From Hyphochytrium catenoides (taxonomy: Eukaryota > Protista > Hyphochytriomycota), in contig FLMG01003788.1 of the NCBI GenBank assembly GCA_900088475.1, positions 1 to 64,000 of the forward strand: DNA of 64,000 nt. Direction: 5' to 3'. Position numbers and translations under genes: made by a program. Positions within the stretch are counted from its first letter, which is position 1. Every line of letters starts with the position of its first letter. The notes beneath the pieces were generated by a model. The model did not search any database. It was not told the origin of the DNA and saw nothing but the letters and a program-made list of their open reading frames with translations. Shown here one piece after another: positions 61,246 to 64,000 of the stretch.

Positions 61246-62749
61246 ATGGTGCAAGAAGGGAATGGGTCAGCCACCGAGCTCAAGCTACAAATGTAAGGAT
61301 TTCGAGGGTGATGGACGAGGACAATCTATGAATGAGCATTAATAATCAATGGAGAGTTTTAGCGGACAACGTGCTTGCGTAAGGAGGAGGTTTCTCCTTA
61401 CAATTATGGTCACAACTAATCATTATTCATCAGGTTCCAGAAGAAAGCACTCAGGAAAACGAGGACTAGTAGCTAGTATCTGGTCAAATAACGGACGCCT
61501 TTCTCCCCTCCTTCCTAGGTGATGACCTTCGCACCGCTCGTCGGTCCCTCTTCTCGTCGTAGTATTGATCACGATGATAGGCCTAGTATTAGGCAGCCGG
61601 CGGGCGGCGCTAACTGGTGAGGCGCTATCGAGCGTCACTGATGAAGCAGAGAGCTAGGGAGCTGCAGGAGGAGGAGGACAGGCAGGCAGAAGTCTAGGGG
61701 ACATTGGGATCCCAAGGTTGGTCAGCCCACCAGTCCCGCAGTGCTCGAGCAGGGCAATCCGCCGTCTTCTTCGTAGACAGTAAGCTGTGTATTGACCCCA
61801 GGCCCTGATATTGTACAATAGTCTCAGATCTATGCGCTTTTGCTGTCTTTTTTAACCTATCGTGTCAGTCAGGTAGTGATACTGATATGGTTTACAGCTC
61901 TACATGAACCCTTATATTCACGCTTTTTGGAACAACCATGGCTGGTTCCAAAGAGATAAGAATTCCCTTGTTATCTCCTTGTAGTTCTCTCTCTCTCCTC
62001 CTTTCTCTCTCTCTCTNNNNNNNNNNNNNNNNNNNNNNNNNNNNNNNNNNNNNNNNNNNNNNNNNNNNNNNNNNNNNNNNNNNNNNNNNNNNNNNNNNNN
62101 NNNNNACCGAAATCGTCCTTTACAATCAGCAAGACTCGGTCTCCTTTTCTCTCTCTTCCACTTCATCGCTTCTCTCCGCTGCGTGCCTCTCTCCCCCTTT
62201 CTTCTATTGCATTGCCTTTATAAAAATGGTAGTCGTACTTCGAACTGCTTGGCTCTAGTTCTCATCCTCCGAAAAGAACTGTCTCGGGCAAGATCCCTCG
62301 CTCTTTCTCTTGCCCAGACAGCAACCAGCACCTGAGACTGGGCTAGCGGCTTCCTCACTCTTCTTGTTGGTCGCAGTCTCTCCTTATCTCTCTCCTCTCT
62401 ATCGCACATCCCCTCCGCTTTATCTCGAAGAGCATCATCATTTCCTCACTCTTGCGGCTCCTCCTTGTTCTCTTTCTCACACTCTTCTTCTCCTTTTTGG
62501 CACTTCTTACGCTCTCTCTTCTCTTCTCTTCTCTTCTTCTCTTCTCTTCTCTTCTCTTTCCTCTTCTTTTCTTCGCTACGCGTTCTTCTCTATAGGCAGC
62601 GTCACTCGTGGTTTCTTCTGCACCTCTGCTGCTTCAAGCTCTGCGTCTTTCCTTATCCCTGTTTTTCCTCCCCGGTACATAGCCAGCAGCCAGAGAAGAG
62701 AGCGAGAGAGAGAGAGAGAAGGAAGAAAAGCATCAACAACGACAGAAGA

Positions 62750-64000
62750 ATGGCAAGCGCGGAAGCGAGCTCGGCTTCCCACGGCCGTCTCTTCTCTCTC
62801 TCTCCTTCGCTGCTGTCGCGCTATTATGAAGATCAGATCCGTCAGGGCAACTGGAGCATCGCCAGAGCGCTAACATTATCTATGGGCTACGGGCTCATCG
62901 CGCTGCGGCCCTATCAACAGGGAGAGACGATCTTTGAAGAGACGCCGGTGGTAGCTGAGCAACTTGTCAGGAACAAACACATCGTGCTCTCCTGCGGACA
63001 GTGCTTCAAATGGCTGGGATCGGTAAACACACAGCTTGATCTGCTGGCAGGGAGGATCTCTAGAGAGCAGCTGGCGTCTGGGGCTCCTCCTCCTCCTCCC
63101 TCAGGCTGTCGCCTTCCTGATCTGGCCACTGCCTGCGGAGGGCGAGAGGGAGGAAGAGAAGAAGTAGGAGAATCTTTCCACTCTTTCTTCTCCTGCCCTG
63201 CCCATTGTGGAGAGCTCTTTTGCTCTTCTTCCTGCCTGGAGACAGCGATGAGGGACGGGCACTTGCTGCTCTGCACAGGGACAGTGGAGGAGATGGAGCA
63301 TCCGATCGTGCAGTTCAAGTTCCATGCCATTCAGAGCTATGAGCTTTTTCTCTCGGCAGGAAAGGTCTGCTGCCGCATTCTCTCCCGTTATAAAGAGCTT
63401 CAACACGCTCAAAGTCTCTCTCCTGAGGCAGCCTGCAAAGAGGCCGTCTTAGAGTTTGCGGGGCTAGAGAGCGCCATGTGGTGGGAGGGCAAAGTAAGTC
63501 AGAAAAGACTGGGGAAGAGCGCGCTAAAAAGCGAGGAGGAGTTCCAGGCGGACATGAAGAGACATGCGGAGATCTCCCTTGGCCTGTTGACGAGTGCGTT
63601 GGCGGTAGATCCAGCTGACCCCATAGCGCGGCTCTTTACATTAGAGCAGTATGGTGCGAACCTATGGTTCTAGAGCCCTGTCTATTGATCTTTCTTCTCT
63701 CTTATTCTCTCTCTCTCTTCTTCTCTTGCCTGTGTATCTCTCTCTCTCTCTCTCTCCGTCTCTCTGTCTCTCTGTCTCTCTTTTTAACCCTCTTCTCCAG
63801 GGCAGAATTTTCAACTCGTTCCCTTTTCCGTTTTCTTTGTTCTCGCTTCCCACTTCCTCTTCCAAACTCTCCAACCTCCTCTTCTTGTTCGTCCTGTCGT
63901 GGATCACCTATTAACGCCGTTGTCTCATGCCTTGACTTATTCCTCCTCCTCCTCGTCCAATGGCTTAGGCCGCATCCTGGGCGCCTTAAACAGGAATCAG
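62750..64000 (+). CDS. SET and MYND domain lysine methyltransferase, SMYD5/ATXR2-like (partial; exons 62750-63653, 63969->64000)
   Basis: MGYGLIALRPYQQGETIFEETPVV (SET-N), CGQC..CPAHC..FCSSSC..H.LLC (MYND), WW motif. The splice G|gtgcga..cttag|GC gives YGRILGALNRNQ. Confidence 0.88.

Larger units (their letters stand above)
1..64000. repeat. Window-wide (GA)n/(CT)n microsatellite and polypurine/polypyrimidine tracts in introns, intergenic DNA and coding loops
   Basis: Long pure GA/CT runs throughout (e.g. 13-42, 7460-7499, 34843-34884, 37523-37577, 44968-45038, 59480-59660). Nearly all N gaps lie inside such runs. Confidence 0.99.

Noticed and set aside
1-64000. Hundreds of short ORFs rich in SLSLSL or RERERE
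   Set aside because: These are translations of (CT)n/(GA)n tracts, which lack stop codons, and they have no conserved motifs.

Overview
Eukaryotic (protist-like) nuclear DNA saturated with (GA)n/(CT)n microsatellites, with many N gaps, nearly all inside those tracts. Most ORFs in the supplied track are microsatellite artefacts. Manual splicing (GT-AG introns, CT-rich on the sense strand) gives about 14 real loci: two paralogous 7TM genes (one complete 7TM-RGS, one running off the window start); four dispersed copies of an unassigned ~6-TM membrane protein family; a GPI-type protein with three type-1 copper cupredoxin domains; an unknown secreted-looking protein; a bZIP with a SnoaL/NTF2-like C-terminal domain; a putative ER-luminal protein with six SET domains in three A-B pairs ending in HDEL; a bacterial-type CoA-disulfide reductase-rhodanese fusion; a frameshifted hybrid histidine kinase fragment; a VOC/glyoxalase; and a SMYD5/ATXR2-like SET-MYND gene running off the window end. 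There are also Ty1/copia relics. No rRNA, tRNA or CRISPR was recognised. The best candidates for an undescribed system are the hexa-SET HDEL protein (secretory-pathway lysine methylation, resembling diatom BacSET proteins) and the four-member 6-TM family. All family assignments are by eye from motifs, and no database search was run.
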